A stretch of 32,000 nucleotides of DNA from an uncultured Bacteroidales bacterium (lineage in GTDB: Bacteria > Bacteroidota > Bacteroidia > Bacteroidales > F082). The stretch covers positions 32,895-64,894 of the forward strand of contig CALBNP010000137.1 of assembly GCA_937896505.1 (NCBI GenBank), written 5' to 3'. Below, piece by piece: positions 20,101 to 28,813 of the stretch. Made by a program: the position numbers and the translations under genes. A model generated the notes under the pieces. That model was not told the DNA's origin, searched no databases, and worked only from the letters and a program-made list of their open reading frames with translations. Numbering within the stretch: position 1 is the stretch's first letter; each line of letters begins with the position of its first letter.

Positions 20101-20123
20101 GATTTAGGTGAAACAAATAACAA
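20099..20123 (+). repeat. Copy 2 of the perfect 25-bp direct repeat
   Basis: ttgatttaggtgaaacaaataacaa, identical to 18527-18551. This copy has no inverted partner. Confidence 0.9.
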
Positions 20124-20202
20124 GGCAAATATATACTTTTTGGCCCAACTGCATATCCTAATCAAATGATAAAGGGCCTAATTGTATATAGTTGCCGTTT
20201 TT
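20124..20202 (+). other. 73-nt long-range hairpin followed by a T-run (second terminator-like element or small-RNA 3' end)
   Basis: ggcaaatatatac (20124-20136) pairs with gtatatagttgcc (20184-20196), 12/13. An inner ggccc / gggcc helix is present, followed by g-ttttt (20198-20202). Confidence 0.4.
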
Positions 20203-20350
20203 AAACAATTTCTCAATATATTTCATTGTATCTTGCTTTTCCATAAGAATAGGTGAAAAGCATAATACAAAGAGTCATTATAGTTTTTTCTCAATATGGT
20301 TATTTTCCCCAATACGGTTATTTTCCTTTGATATTACAAATGGAAATGCT

Positions 20351-20358
20351 TATCTTTG
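20351..20358 (+). promoter_or_regulatory. -7 promoter box of the V-ATPase operon
   Basis: tatctttg at 20351-20358, 59 nt before the ntpE ATG. Confidence 0.6.
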
Positions 20359-20417
20359 CACGCTAAATTTTTGATAAAGAGAATAGGAAAATATAAATAG
20401 TAAATAATCAACAAGTT

Positions 20418-21029
20418 ATGCAAAATAAGTTGCAAGAATTGACCGACAAGCTTTACAACGAAGGTTTGTCGAAAGGAAAACAGGATGGCGAAGAACTGCT
20501 GCAGAAGGCTAAGGCCGAATCGGAAAGCATCATCGCCCAGGCCAAGGCTGAAGCCGAACGCATCGTAGCTCAGGCTCAGAAAGAAGCCGAAGAGCTGAAA
20601 ACCAAAGTGTCAGCCGATGTGAAGATGGCTGCTACGCAAAGCATCAGCGTCACCAAACAGGAAATGGAAAAGATGATAGTGACCCGCACCGCTGCCGAAG
20701 GCGTGAAAGCCAACATGGGCAATGCGGCCTTTGTCAAGGAACTCATCATGAGCGTAGTGAAGGCTTTCAACCCGCAGAATGCATCGCCCGTCGATTTGAG
20801 TCTCATCTTGCCCGAATCGCTGAAAGCCGAAGTGGAGCCTTTCGTGAAGAACGAAATCGCCAGCCAGTTCAAGGCCGAGGTGAAGGTCGATTATTCAAAG
20901 AAGATGAATGGCGGCTTCAAGGTGGCTCCAAAGAATGGCGGTTATGTGCTGCAATTCACCGATGAGGAGTTCCAGAACCTCGTTGCCAACTACTTGCGTC
21001 CTGCCACCAAGAAAATCCTCTTCGGATAA
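20418..21029 (+). CDS. ntpE: V-type ATPase subunit E (peripheral stalk)
   Basis: 203-aa ORF. The N-terminus is a long charged coiled coil (AKAESESIIAQAKAEAERIVAQAQKEAEELK) and the C-terminus is globular. It is the first gene of the operon. Confidence 0.85.
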   Translation: MQNKLQELTDKLYNEGLSKGKQDGEELLQKAKAESESIIAQAKAEAERIVAQAQKEAEELKTKVSADVKMAATQSISVTKQEMEKMIVTRTAAEGVKANMGNAAFVKELIMSVVKAFNPQNASPVDLSLILPESLKAEVEPFVKNEIASQFKAEVKVDYSKKMNGGFKVAPKNGGYVLQFTDEEFQNLVANYLRPATKKILFG

Positions 21030-21628
21030 TGGATAACTATGTTTATATAGTGGCCGGCTTGCCCGAACTGACTGCCAATTATGATGGCGGTAGTTTCGAC
21101 TATGCCGCCCTCAAGACATCAATCGTTGAACTGCTCTCTGAGAAGGACCAGCAGCTGGTCGAACTCTTGGAGGAAGGCTTCGATGAAAATACGCTCGGAA
21201 AAGGTTTTTACGAAAAGGCTGCCGCGAGCAAGAACGACTTCATCAGGCAGTACTTCGATTTCGATGCCCGTCTGCGCAACATGAAGGTGAACTATTTGGC
21301 CAAGCGCCTCGGCAAAAGAGGTGAGGACTACCAAGTGGAGCTGCCTGAGGCCGACTTCGATGAAGGCAAGCAGATAGAGGAAATCCTCGCCGATGCCGAC
21401 TTCGTGGAGCGCGAGCAGAAAATGGATGAGCTGAAGTGGGAGAAGGCCAGTGACATTGCCCGCATGGACTACTTCAACATGAATGCCATCTTCGCCTTCT
21501 TGGTCAAGGCCAAGACCGTACAGCGTTGGGCCGAACTCGATGAGAAGAAAGGCGAAGAGATGTTCCAGAAACTCGTTTCGGAAGTCAGAGGAACGTTTGA
21601 AGGGGTCAAGTACGACGAAAATAAATAA
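21029..21628 (+). CDS. DUF2764-type V-ATPase-associated protein (candidate functional analogue of subunit C/d)
   Basis: 199-aa ORF. The start overlaps the ntpE stop. The YIVAGLPEL N-terminus and the FDFDARLRN segment resemble DUF2764 as I recall it, and the family occupies this operon slot in Bacteroidota. Confidence 0.7.
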   Translation: MDNYVYIVAGLPELTANYDGGSFDYAALKTSIVELLSEKDQQLVELLEEGFDENTLGKGFYEKAAASKNDFIRQYFDFDARLRNMKVNYLAKRLGKRGEDYQVELPEADFDEGKQIEEILADADFVEREQKMDELKWEKASDIARMDYFNMNAIFAFLVKAKTVQRWAELDEKKGEEMFQKLVSEVRGTFEGVKYDENK

Positions 21629-21755
21629 TGAGATACCACGAAGGATATCGGCGAATTTGGTTTTGGACTTGCGCTGGCCAAGTTCTCATTGAAACCACGA
21701 ATTACACGAATTTACACGAAGGGTTGCTTTGCAATTGATAAACAAACAAAAGAAA

Positions 21756-22136
21756 ATGATATATGCAGAGGAGGCATATAATATAATAGGGGCAGCAATG
21801 GAAGTCCATAGGGTGCTGGGTCCGGGCTTTCTGGAAGCCGTGTATCATGAGGCTCTTGAAGTGGAAATGCGTAAAAGAGACATCCCTTTTGAAACAAAGG
21901 TGGCTTTGCCGATTCAATATAAGGATGTGGTGCTGAAGAAGTGTTATGAGGCTGATTTGTTTTGCTATGACAAGATTATCGTGGAGTTGAAAGCAGTTTC
22001 GGAAGTCACGTCTGAACATGAAGCTCAAATTCTTAATTATCTGAAAGCAACAGGTTGTGAATTGGGTTTGCTGATAAATTTCGGAAGTAAGGAATTGTAC
22101 AGGAAACGTTATTTGAATACAAGATGGACTGTTTAA
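21756..22136 (+). CDS. GxxExxY protein (PD-(D/E)XK nuclease-fold family; TIGR04256 / PDDEXK_3 as I recall)
   Basis: 126 aa from the ATG at 21756 (the ORF track starts at a TTG at 21729). The family-defining motif is present: GPGFLEAVY = G-x-x-E-x-x-Y. A PD-(D/E)XK-like core is also present: EADLFCYDKIIVELK (D...E-x-K). Confidence 0.85.
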   Translation: MIYAEEAYNIIGAAMEVHRVLGPGFLEAVYHEALEVEMRKRDIPFETKVALPIQYKDVVLKKCYEADLFCYDKIIVELKAVSEVTSEHEAQILNYLKATGCELGLLINFGSKELYRKRYLNTRWTV

Positions 22137-22154
22137 AACTACGTATGCACACAA

Positions 22155-22221
22155 TGAAACCACGAATGACACGAATTTACACGAATGTCTATTTCGTGGG
22201 ATTTCGCGTGAATTCGTGGTT
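22155..22221. repeat. Imperfect palindrome at the right end of the cassette
   Basis: aaccacgaatgacacgaatttacacgaa / ttcgtgggatttcgcgtgaattcgtggtt, with a 7-nt centre (tgtctat). Each arm is made of three 9-nt 'cacgaat' units. Confidence 0.8.
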
Positions 22222-22282
22222 CCGAGAAAAGGATTTGCGAAGCAAATCATAAACGAAGAAAATATAATTAGATGTTTTAAAT

Positions 22283-24031
22283 ATGAAAACAACAGGTAAA
22301 GTTACAGGTATCATTGCCAACTTGGTCACCGTTCAGGTGGACGGCCCTGTCGCTCAGAATGAGATCTGCTTCATCGACCTTGACGGTGTCAAGCTGATGG
22401 CAGAAGTCATTAAGGTGAACGGCAACAAGGCCTCCGTGCAGGTGTATGAAAGCACCCGCGGCCTGAAAATCGGCAACCCGGTGGAATTTCAGGGTTACAT
22501 GCTTGAAGTGACCTTGGGACCTGGTTTGCTATCAAGCAATTTCGACGGCTTGCAGAACAATCTCGCCACTATGACGGATGTGTTCCTCAAGAGAGGCGAA
22601 TACACCAAGCCGCTCGATGAAAACAAGAAATGGGATTTCACTCCGCTTGCCAAGGCTGGTCAGCAGGTCGTGGCCGCCGACTGGCTGGGCGAGGTGAAAG
22701 AAGGCTGGCTGCCTCACAAAATCATGGTGCCGTTCTCGTTTGAAGGGACCTACACCGTGAAATCGGTGGCTGCCGCCGGACAATACAAGATTACCGATAC
22801 CATAGCCGTCCTCACCAATGCCGAGGGCGAAGAGGTAAAGGTTACGATGATGCAGAAATGGCCTGTCAAGGTGGCCGTGGGCGGTTACGTCGAAAAGCCG
22901 CGTCCGTTCAAGGTCATGGAGACCGGCGTGCGCTGCATCGACACCTTGAACCCGATTGCCGAAGGCGGCACGGGCTTTATCCCTGGTCCTTTCGGCTGTG
23001 GCAAGACCGTCTTGCAGCACGCTTTGGCCGAACAGGCCGATGCCGATGTCATCATCATGGCGGCTTGCGGTGAACGTGCTAACGAGGTCGTGGAAATCTT
23101 CACCGAGTTCCCTGAACTGAAAGACAAGCACACGGGCCGTAGCCTGATGGAACGTACCATCATCATCTGCAACACATCCAACATGCCTGTCGCCGCCCGT
23201 GAGGCTTCCGTCTATACGGCCATGACCTTGGGCGAATATTACCGCGCCATGGGCATGAAGGTGCTGCTGCTGGCCGACTCCACTTCGCGCTGGGCTCAGG
23301 CTTTGCGTGAGATGAGTAACCGTTTGGAAGAATTGCCGGGTCAGGATGGTTTCCCAGTTGACCTTTCGGCTATCATTTCTTCCTTCTACGCCCGCGCCGG
23401 TTATGTGAAACTGAACAATGGTGCCACGGGTTCCATCACCTTCATCGGTACGGTTTCGCCTGCTGGCGGTAACCTGAAGGAGCCTGTCACCGAATCGACA
23501 AAGAAGGCTGCACGTTGTTTCTATGGCCTCTCGCAGAACCGCGCTGATAAGAAGCGTTATCCTGCCGTTGACCCTGTCGATTCCTATTCAAAGTATCTTG
23601 AATATCCTGAAATCATTGAATATCTGGATAATAAGATCGAAAAAGGTTGGGTTGACAAGGTAACCAAGATGAAATATATCATCCGCAGAGGTAAGGATGC
23701 TTACGAACAAATCAACATCCTGGGTGACGACGGCGTGCCGATGTCGTATCACGAGCAGTATTGGAAGTCGGAATTGCTTGACTTCGTCATATTGCAGCAG
23801 GATGCTTTCGATGAAATCGATGCTTCGACGCCTCTCGACCGTCAGAAGTTCATGCTCGACCTGCTCCTCGAAGTCTGCGACCGCTCGTTCAAGTTCAATG
23901 ATTTTGAAGAATGTACAACCTACTTCAAGGAGTTGATCAACATTTGCAAGCAGATGAACTATTCGGAGTATCAGTCGGAACAATTCAATAAATATCTCAA
24001 TCAGTTTAAGGAGGAATTGAAACATGAGTGA
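22283..24031 (+). CDS. ntpA: V-type ATPase catalytic subunit A
   Basis: 582-aa ORF. Walker A GPFGCGKTV and the A-subunit-specific non-homologous insert region are present. The length is normal, so there is no intein. Confidence 0.95.
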   Translation: MKTTGKVTGIIANLVTVQVDGPVAQNEICFIDLDGVKLMAEVIKVNGNKASVQVYESTRGLKIGNPVEFQGYMLEVTLGPGLLSSNFDGLQNNLATMTDVFLKRGEYTKPLDENKKWDFTPLAKAGQQVVAADWLGEVKEGWLPHKIMVPFSFEGTYTVKSVAAAGQYKITDTIAVLTNAEGEEVKVTMMQKWPVKVAVGGYVEKPRPFKVMETGVRCIDTLNPIAEGGTGFIPGPFGCGKTVLQHALAEQADADVIIMAACGERANEVVEIFTEFPELKDKHTGRSLMERTIIICNTSNMPVAAREASVYTAMTLGEYYRAMGMKVLLLADSTSRWAQALREMSNRLEELPGQDGFPVDLSAIISSFYARAGYVKLNNGATGSITFIGTVSPAGGNLKEPVTESTKKAARCFYGLSQNRADKKRYPAVDPVDSYSKYLEYPEIIEYLDNKIEKGWVDKVTKMKYIIRRGKDAYEQINILGDDGVPMSYHEQYWKSELLDFVILQQDAFDEIDASTPLDRQKFMLDLLLEVCDRSFKFNDFEECTTYFKELINICKQMNYSEYQSEQFNKYLNQFKEELKHE

Positions 24032-25346
24032 GAAAGCATTTCAAAGAATTTATACCCATTTGACTGCCATCACCAAGGCGACCGTTTCATTGGATGCCGA
24101 GGGTGTGTCGAACGATGAACTGGCTCTCGTGGCTGGCCGTCTGGCTCAGGTGGTGAAAATCAAGGATAAGAACGTTACCTTGCAGGTGTTCGGCGGAACA
24201 GAAGACATCCCGACCGATGCCGAGGTGACTTTCTTCGGCGAACCTCCATGCCTTAATGTGAGTGACGACCTCGCTGGCCGTTTCTTCAATGCCTACGGCG
24301 ACCCTATCGACGGCGGTCCGGCTGTCGAAGGCGAAAAGCGCCAGATTGGCGGCCCTTCGGTCAACCCGTACAAGAGAAGACAGCCTTCGCAACTGATTCC
24401 GACAGGTATTGCCGGCATCGACCTGAACAACACTTTGGTCTCCGGTCAGAAGATTCCTTTCTTCGCTGACCCTGACCAGCCTTACAACCAGGTGATGAGC
24501 ATGGTGGCCTTGCGTGCCGATGTCGATAAGATTATCCTCGGCGGCATGGGCTTGACCAACGACGACTACCTGTTCTTCAAGAACCAGTTTGAAAGTGCAG
24601 GTGCCTTGCATAAGATTATTTCTTTCGTCAACACCACTGACCAACCGCCTGTCGAGCGTCTGCTGATTCCTGACATGGCTTTGACGGCTGCCGAATACTT
24701 CGCTGTCGATAAGAACGAAAAGGTTTTGGTTTTGTTGACCGACATGACCCTTTATGCCGATGCTCTGAGTATCGTGAGCAACCGTATGGACCAGATTCCT
24801 TCGAAGGACTCCATGCCTGGCTCGCTTTACTCCGATTTGGCAAAGATTTACGAAAAGGCCGTGCAACTGCCTGATGGCGGTTCCATTACCATCATCGCTG
24901 TGACCACCTTGAACGATGGCGATATCACCCACGCTATCCCTGATAACACGGGTTATATCACTGAAGGTCAGCTGTTCCTGCGTGCCGATGCCGATTCGGG
25001 CAAGGTCATCGTTGACCCGTTCCGCTCGTTGTCGCGTCTGAAACAGCTGGTGCAGAACAAGAAGACCCGCGAAGACCACAGCGCCGTGATGAACACCTCA
25101 GTCCGCCTGTATGCCGATGCAGCCAACGCCAAGACGAAGTTGGAAAACGGTTTCGACCTGAGCGACTACGACTTGCGTTGCCTCGACTATGCCAAGGAAT
25201 ATGCTACCCGATTGCTCGCCATCGACGTCAACATTCCTATCAATGAAATGCTCGACACCGCTTGGGAACTCTTCGGAAAGTATTTCACCAAGGCAGAGAC
25301 TGGCTTGAAGGAAAAACTGATTGAAAAATACTGGAAGGAAAAATAA
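24024..25346 (+). CDS. ntpB: V-type ATPase subunit B
   Basis: 440-aa ORF homologous in layout to A/V-type B subunits. The start overlaps the ntpA stop by 8 nt. Confidence 0.95.
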   Translation: MSEKAFQRIYTHLTAITKATVSLDAEGVSNDELALVAGRLAQVVKIKDKNVTLQVFGGTEDIPTDAEVTFFGEPPCLNVSDDLAGRFFNAYGDPIDGGPAVEGEKRQIGGPSVNPYKRRQPSQLIPTGIAGIDLNNTLVSGQKIPFFADPDQPYNQVMSMVALRADVDKIILGGMGLTNDDYLFFKNQFESAGALHKIISFVNTTDQPPVERLLIPDMALTAAEYFAVDKNEKVLVLLTDMTLYADALSIVSNRMDQIPSKDSMPGSLYSDLAKIYEKAVQLPDGGSITIIAVTTLNDGDITHAIPDNTGYITEGQLFLRADADSGKVIVDPFRSLSRLKQLVQNKKTREDHSAVMNTSVRLYADAANAKTKLENGFDLSDYDLRCLDYAKEYATRLLAIDVNIPINEMLDTAWELFGKYFTKAETGLKEKLIEKYWKEK

Positions 25347-25349
25347 GCC

Positions 25350-25964
25350 ATGGCTATCAAGTTCCAATATAACAAGACTTCGCTGAACGAGCTGAACAAG
25401 CAGCTCAAGACGCGTGTGCGTGCGCTGCCTACGCTGAAAAGCAAGGAGAGTGCCCTGCGCCTTGAGGTGAAGAAAGCCAAGCAACGCTCCGAGGCTCTTG
25501 TTGCCCAGTTAGAGGCCGAACTCAAATCATACGAGTATATGGCCAGGCTTTGGAATGAATTTGAGCCAGGTTTGATTTCCGTGACAGATGTGAAGCTGAA
25601 AACCGTAAAGATTGCCGGTGTGCCTACGCCCGCCTTGGAAGAGGTGCTCTTCGATGTGAAGGACATCAACCTTTTCACCAAGCCGATGTGGTATGCCGAC
25701 GGCGTGCAGATTCTGAAGAACCTTGCCCAGTTGGGCATCGAGAGTGAGGTCTATACCGAAGTGAGTCGCGTTCTCGATTATCAGAGGAAGAAGACCACGC
25801 AAAAGGTGAATCTTTACGAAAAAGTGCAGATACCTGGCTATAACGAAGCCATACGTAAGATTAAGCGATATATGGAAGACGAGGAGAACCTCTCCAAGGC
25901 TTCGCAGAAAATCGTGAAGAACAAACACATAGCAGAAGAAGAGGAGGAAGAAAATGGTAACTGA
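25350..25964 (+). CDS. ntpD: V-type ATPase subunit D (central stalk)
   Basis: 204-aa coiled-coil ORF (LNELNKQLKTRVRALPTLKSKESALRLEV...) with an acidic tail, in the position after B. Confidence 0.85.
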   Translation: MAIKFQYNKTSLNELNKQLKTRVRALPTLKSKESALRLEVKKAKQRSEALVAQLEAELKSYEYMARLWNEFEPGLISVTDVKLKTVKIAGVPTPALEEVLFDVKDINLFTKPMWYADGVQILKNLAQLGIESEVYTEVSRVLDYQRKKTTQKVNLYEKVQIPGYNEAIRKIKRYMEDEENLSKASQKIVKNKHIAEEEEEENGN

Positions 25965-27741
25965 AATGACGAAATATGACTTCATATTGCTCAGTGGCGA
26001 TATGGAATCCTTCCTCGAAAAGTTGCAATCTGTGGGCGTGGTCGATATCACACGCTCGACGAAACCCATCGACGAGACTTCGGAGAAACTCTCGCTTCAG
26101 GCCGACATCATGCGTCGCGCCCAGCTGTCGCTCAAGAACGTGATACCCGCCAACAAGTCGGGCGAAGTGCCAGAGGATGTCGCTGCTGAGGTGATGCAGA
26201 CCCTGAACGAAAAGGAAATCCTGATGGCACGTCTGCCATTGCTCGAAAAGCAAATGGAAGAAGCTAAGCCTTGGGGAACCTTCCATCAGAAGTCGCTCCA
26301 CGAGATTAAGCAACTTGGCCTTAACTTGCATTTCTACAAGGTAAAGTCGTCGGCCTTCGACCCTGCTTGGAAAGAACAATACGCACTCAGCGAGATTTCT
26401 GAAGACGGCACGAACACCTATTTCGTGGTGGTTTCCGATTTTGATGATTACGATTTCCCGCTGAAGGAACTCCCTGCTCCTGAAGTCGATGCGGCTGAAG
26501 TGAAGAAGGAGATTTTGCAGCTGCAAAGCGAAATAGCCGAAAAAGACCAACGCCTTGCCGAACTGAAATGTTATGAACAGACATTGCAGAAAGAGTTGAC
26601 CCAGACCTTGTCGAAACTCGACTTGCATCTGGCCAACAAATCGGGCGAAAAGGCAGTGGAAGATTACTTGACGGTGTTCGAAGGCTTTGCTCCCGCTGAA
26701 TGCGAAGAGGCGCTCCGCTCCATGCTCGACGAAGAGAGTGTGCTCTACATTGCCGAGAAAGCTGTGGTGGATGACAATCCTCCCATTAAACTGAAGAACA
26801 ACAAGTTCGTGTCGATGTTCGAGATGCTGACCGACATGTATGGTCGCCCGAAATACAATGAGTTCGACCCAACAGTATGGATTTCCATCTTCTTCATGCT
26901 CTTCTTTGCCTTCTGCATGGGCGATATGGGCTATGGCTTGATGCTCATCGTTGGCAGCCTCGCCCTGAAGAAGAAATTGGGCAAGATTGCGCCTTTGGGT
27001 GTCACCTTAGGTGTCGCCACGACTGTGGTTGGTTTCCTCTTCCACACATTCTTCTCCATGGATATGCTCACCTGGACTTGTATCCCCGATAGTGTGAAGA
27101 AAATCATGCTGCCCTCGCAGATTGCGGGCTTCGATGGAACCATGGTGCTCGCCTTGCTGGTGGGTATCGTCCACCTTTGCCTCGCCATGATTATCAAGAC
27201 GTGCCAAGCTACCAAGCATAAAGGTTTTGCCAATTCATTGGGCACTTGGGGCTGGACTTTGCTCATCGTGGGTGGTGTCATCGTAGGTGGCTTTGCCCTG
27301 ATGGGTGTCATCGACAAGACGGTTACCAAGTGGATTGTCATCGTTTTGGGCATCCTTTCGGCTTTGGGCATCTTCTTCCTCAACGACTTGCACCGCAATC
27401 CGTTGCTTAATTTCGGCTCGGGCTTGTGGGAAACCTACAACACGGTGACGGGTTTGTTGGGCGATGTGCTCAGCTATTTGCGACTCTACGCCCTCGGTCT
27501 GGCAGGAGCCAAGTTGGGTGAAGCCTTCAATGCCATTGGCACTCTCGCCTTGGGCGATGGTGGCGTGAATTGGATATTCTTCATCCTCATCGTAGTGGTG
27601 GGCCATGTCCTCAACCTCGCGATGTGCGTGTTGGGTGCCTTCGTCCATCCTTTGCGACTCAACTTCCTTGAGTTCTTCAAGAATTCAGGTTACGAAGGTG
27701 CTGGACGTAAGTATAACCCTTTGAGCAATACGAATCAATAA
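25954..27741 (+). CDS. ntpI: V-type ATPase subunit I (a-type stator)
   Basis: 595-aa ORF. A soluble N-terminal half is followed by a polytopic C-terminal half carrying the stator arginine motif LSYLRLYALGLAG. The start overlaps ntpD by 11 nt; the ATG at 25966 is an alternative start. Confidence 0.9.
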   Translation: MVTEMTKYDFILLSGDMESFLEKLQSVGVVDITRSTKPIDETSEKLSLQADIMRRAQLSLKNVIPANKSGEVPEDVAAEVMQTLNEKEILMARLPLLEKQMEEAKPWGTFHQKSLHEIKQLGLNLHFYKVKSSAFDPAWKEQYALSEISEDGTNTYFVVVSDFDDYDFPLKELPAPEVDAAEVKKEILQLQSEIAEKDQRLAELKCYEQTLQKELTQTLSKLDLHLANKSGEKAVEDYLTVFEGFAPAECEEALRSMLDEESVLYIAEKAVVDDNPPIKLKNNKFVSMFEMLTDMYGRPKYNEFDPTVWISIFFMLFFAFCMGDMGYGLMLIVGSLALKKKLGKIAPLGVTLGVATTVVGFLFHTFFSMDMLTWTCIPDSVKKIMLPSQIAGFDGTMVLALLVGIVHLCLAMIIKTCQATKHKGFANSLGTWGWTLLIVGGVIVGGFALMGVIDKTVTKWIVIVLGILSALGIFFLNDLHRNPLLNFGSGLWETYNTVTGLLGDVLSYLRLYALGLAGAKLGEAFNAIGTLALGDGGVNWIFFILIVVVGHVLNLAMCVLGAFVHPLRLNFLEFFKNSGYEGAGRKYNPLSNTNQ

Positions 27742-27765
27742 GCCACATAGTCACGCCCTCACATA

Positions 27766-28248
<483 letters not shown>

Positions 28249-28273
28249 TTCACGGAAACCGTCAGGAAAAATC

Positions 28274-28301
28274 AAAGGCGACTCGCTTGCGGGTCGCCTT
28301 T
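28274..28301. terminator. Bidirectional terminator between ntpK and the convergent hslR
   Basis: aaaggcgac (28274-28282) / gtcgccttt (28293-28301), with flanking A and T residues. Confidence 0.75.
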
Positions 28302-28308
28302 GTTGTTG

Positions 28309-28698
28309 TCATTGGTCGTCTTTCATCTTCTCAATCATCCGTCGCTCTTTCTTGGTAGGCCGTCCGGCACCGCGGTCGCGCCATTCGGCTTTGTAGGCGT
28401 GCATGAACTCGATGCGTTCGTACTCTTCCTTTGGTGTGAGGTCGGTATAGACTTCTGGCACTTGCTTGGCTGAGACGCGGTTCTTCACGACAGTCTTCAC
28501 TTGCACCACCTTATGCAGTTGCTCAATCTGCACTTGTATGATGTCGCCTTCCTTCACTTCGCGTGAAGGTTTCACGGCCGTGTCGTTCATCTTTACCTTG
28601 CCGCCTTTTATGGCCTCGGCAGCAATGGAGCGGGTCTTGAAAAGACGAGCTGCCCAAAGCCACTTGTCCATCCGGACGATGTTCTCTTCGTTTTCCAT
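28309..28698 (-). CDS. hslR: Ribosome-associated heat-shock protein Hsp15 (S4 RNA-binding domain)
   Basis: 129-aa ORF. The S4 motif is RMDKWLWAARLFKTRSIAAEAIKGGKVKMN, followed by a basic C-terminal tail. Confidence 0.8.
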   Translation of the reverse strand: MENEENIVRMDKWLWAARLFKTRSIAAEAIKGGKVKMNDTAVKPSREVKEGDIIQVQIEQLHKVVQVKTVVKNRVSAKQVPEVYTDLTPKEEYERIEFMHAYKAEWRDRGAGRPTKKERRMIEKMKDDQ

Positions 28699-28719
28699 GT
28701 AGCTGATTTCTGCCGTTTT

Positions 28720-28800
28720 ACGTCATTGCGAGGAGGAACGACGAAGCAATCCAGAAATAATGCTTCTCATTTAGATAGTTTCATTCCGTTGGCAATGACA
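28720..28800. repeat. Degenerate copy of a palindromic 'gtcattgcgagg...cgacgaagcaatcc' intergenic repeat
   Basis: gtcattgc (28722-28729) pairs with gcaatgac (28792-28799). An internal attgc / gcaat pair is also present. The core resembles a short repeat that I recall as widespread in Bacteroidota intergenic regions. Confidence 0.4.
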
Positions 28801-28813
28801 CAAAACGAATTGA

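Larger units (their letters stand above)
21690..22221 (+). mobile_element. Repeat-bounded GxxExxY gene cassette inserted between the DUF2764 gene and ntpA
   Basis: A 31-bp direct repeat tgaaaccacgaat[t/g]acacgaatttacacgaa sits at 21690-21720 and 22155-22185 (30/31 identical). The right copy is followed by its inverted version at 22193-22221. The boundaries given are the repeat limits; mobility is inferred, not demonstrated. Confidence 0.5.

Noticed and set aside
20192-20374. 60-aa ORF in the V-ATPase upstream region, and 173-361 / 438-632 plus-strand ORFs near the left edge
   Set aside because: These are short and AT-rich or antisense to better-supported genes. They have no start context and their peptides are hydrophobic junk. 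The first would also run through the operon -7 box.
21629-21689. Weak hairpin acttg / caagt and 'accacgaag' word just after the DUF2764 stop, as an additional cassette arm or terminator
   Set aside because: The stem is only 5 bp with no T-run, and the similarity to the cacgaat units is too degenerate to call.
21702-22292. 196-aa minus-strand ORF spanning the whole GxxExxY cassette
   Set aside because: It is antisense to a protein with clear family motifs. Its translation runs through the repeat arms (NSREIPRNRHSCKFVSFVVS) and looks like an artefact of A/T-rich, stop-poor sequence.
22283-24031. Possible intein or homing element in the V-ATPase catalytic subunit
   Set aside because: The 582-aa length is normal for an A subunit and the sequence is continuous around the P-loop. 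The only foreign DNA in the operon is the intercistronic cassette.
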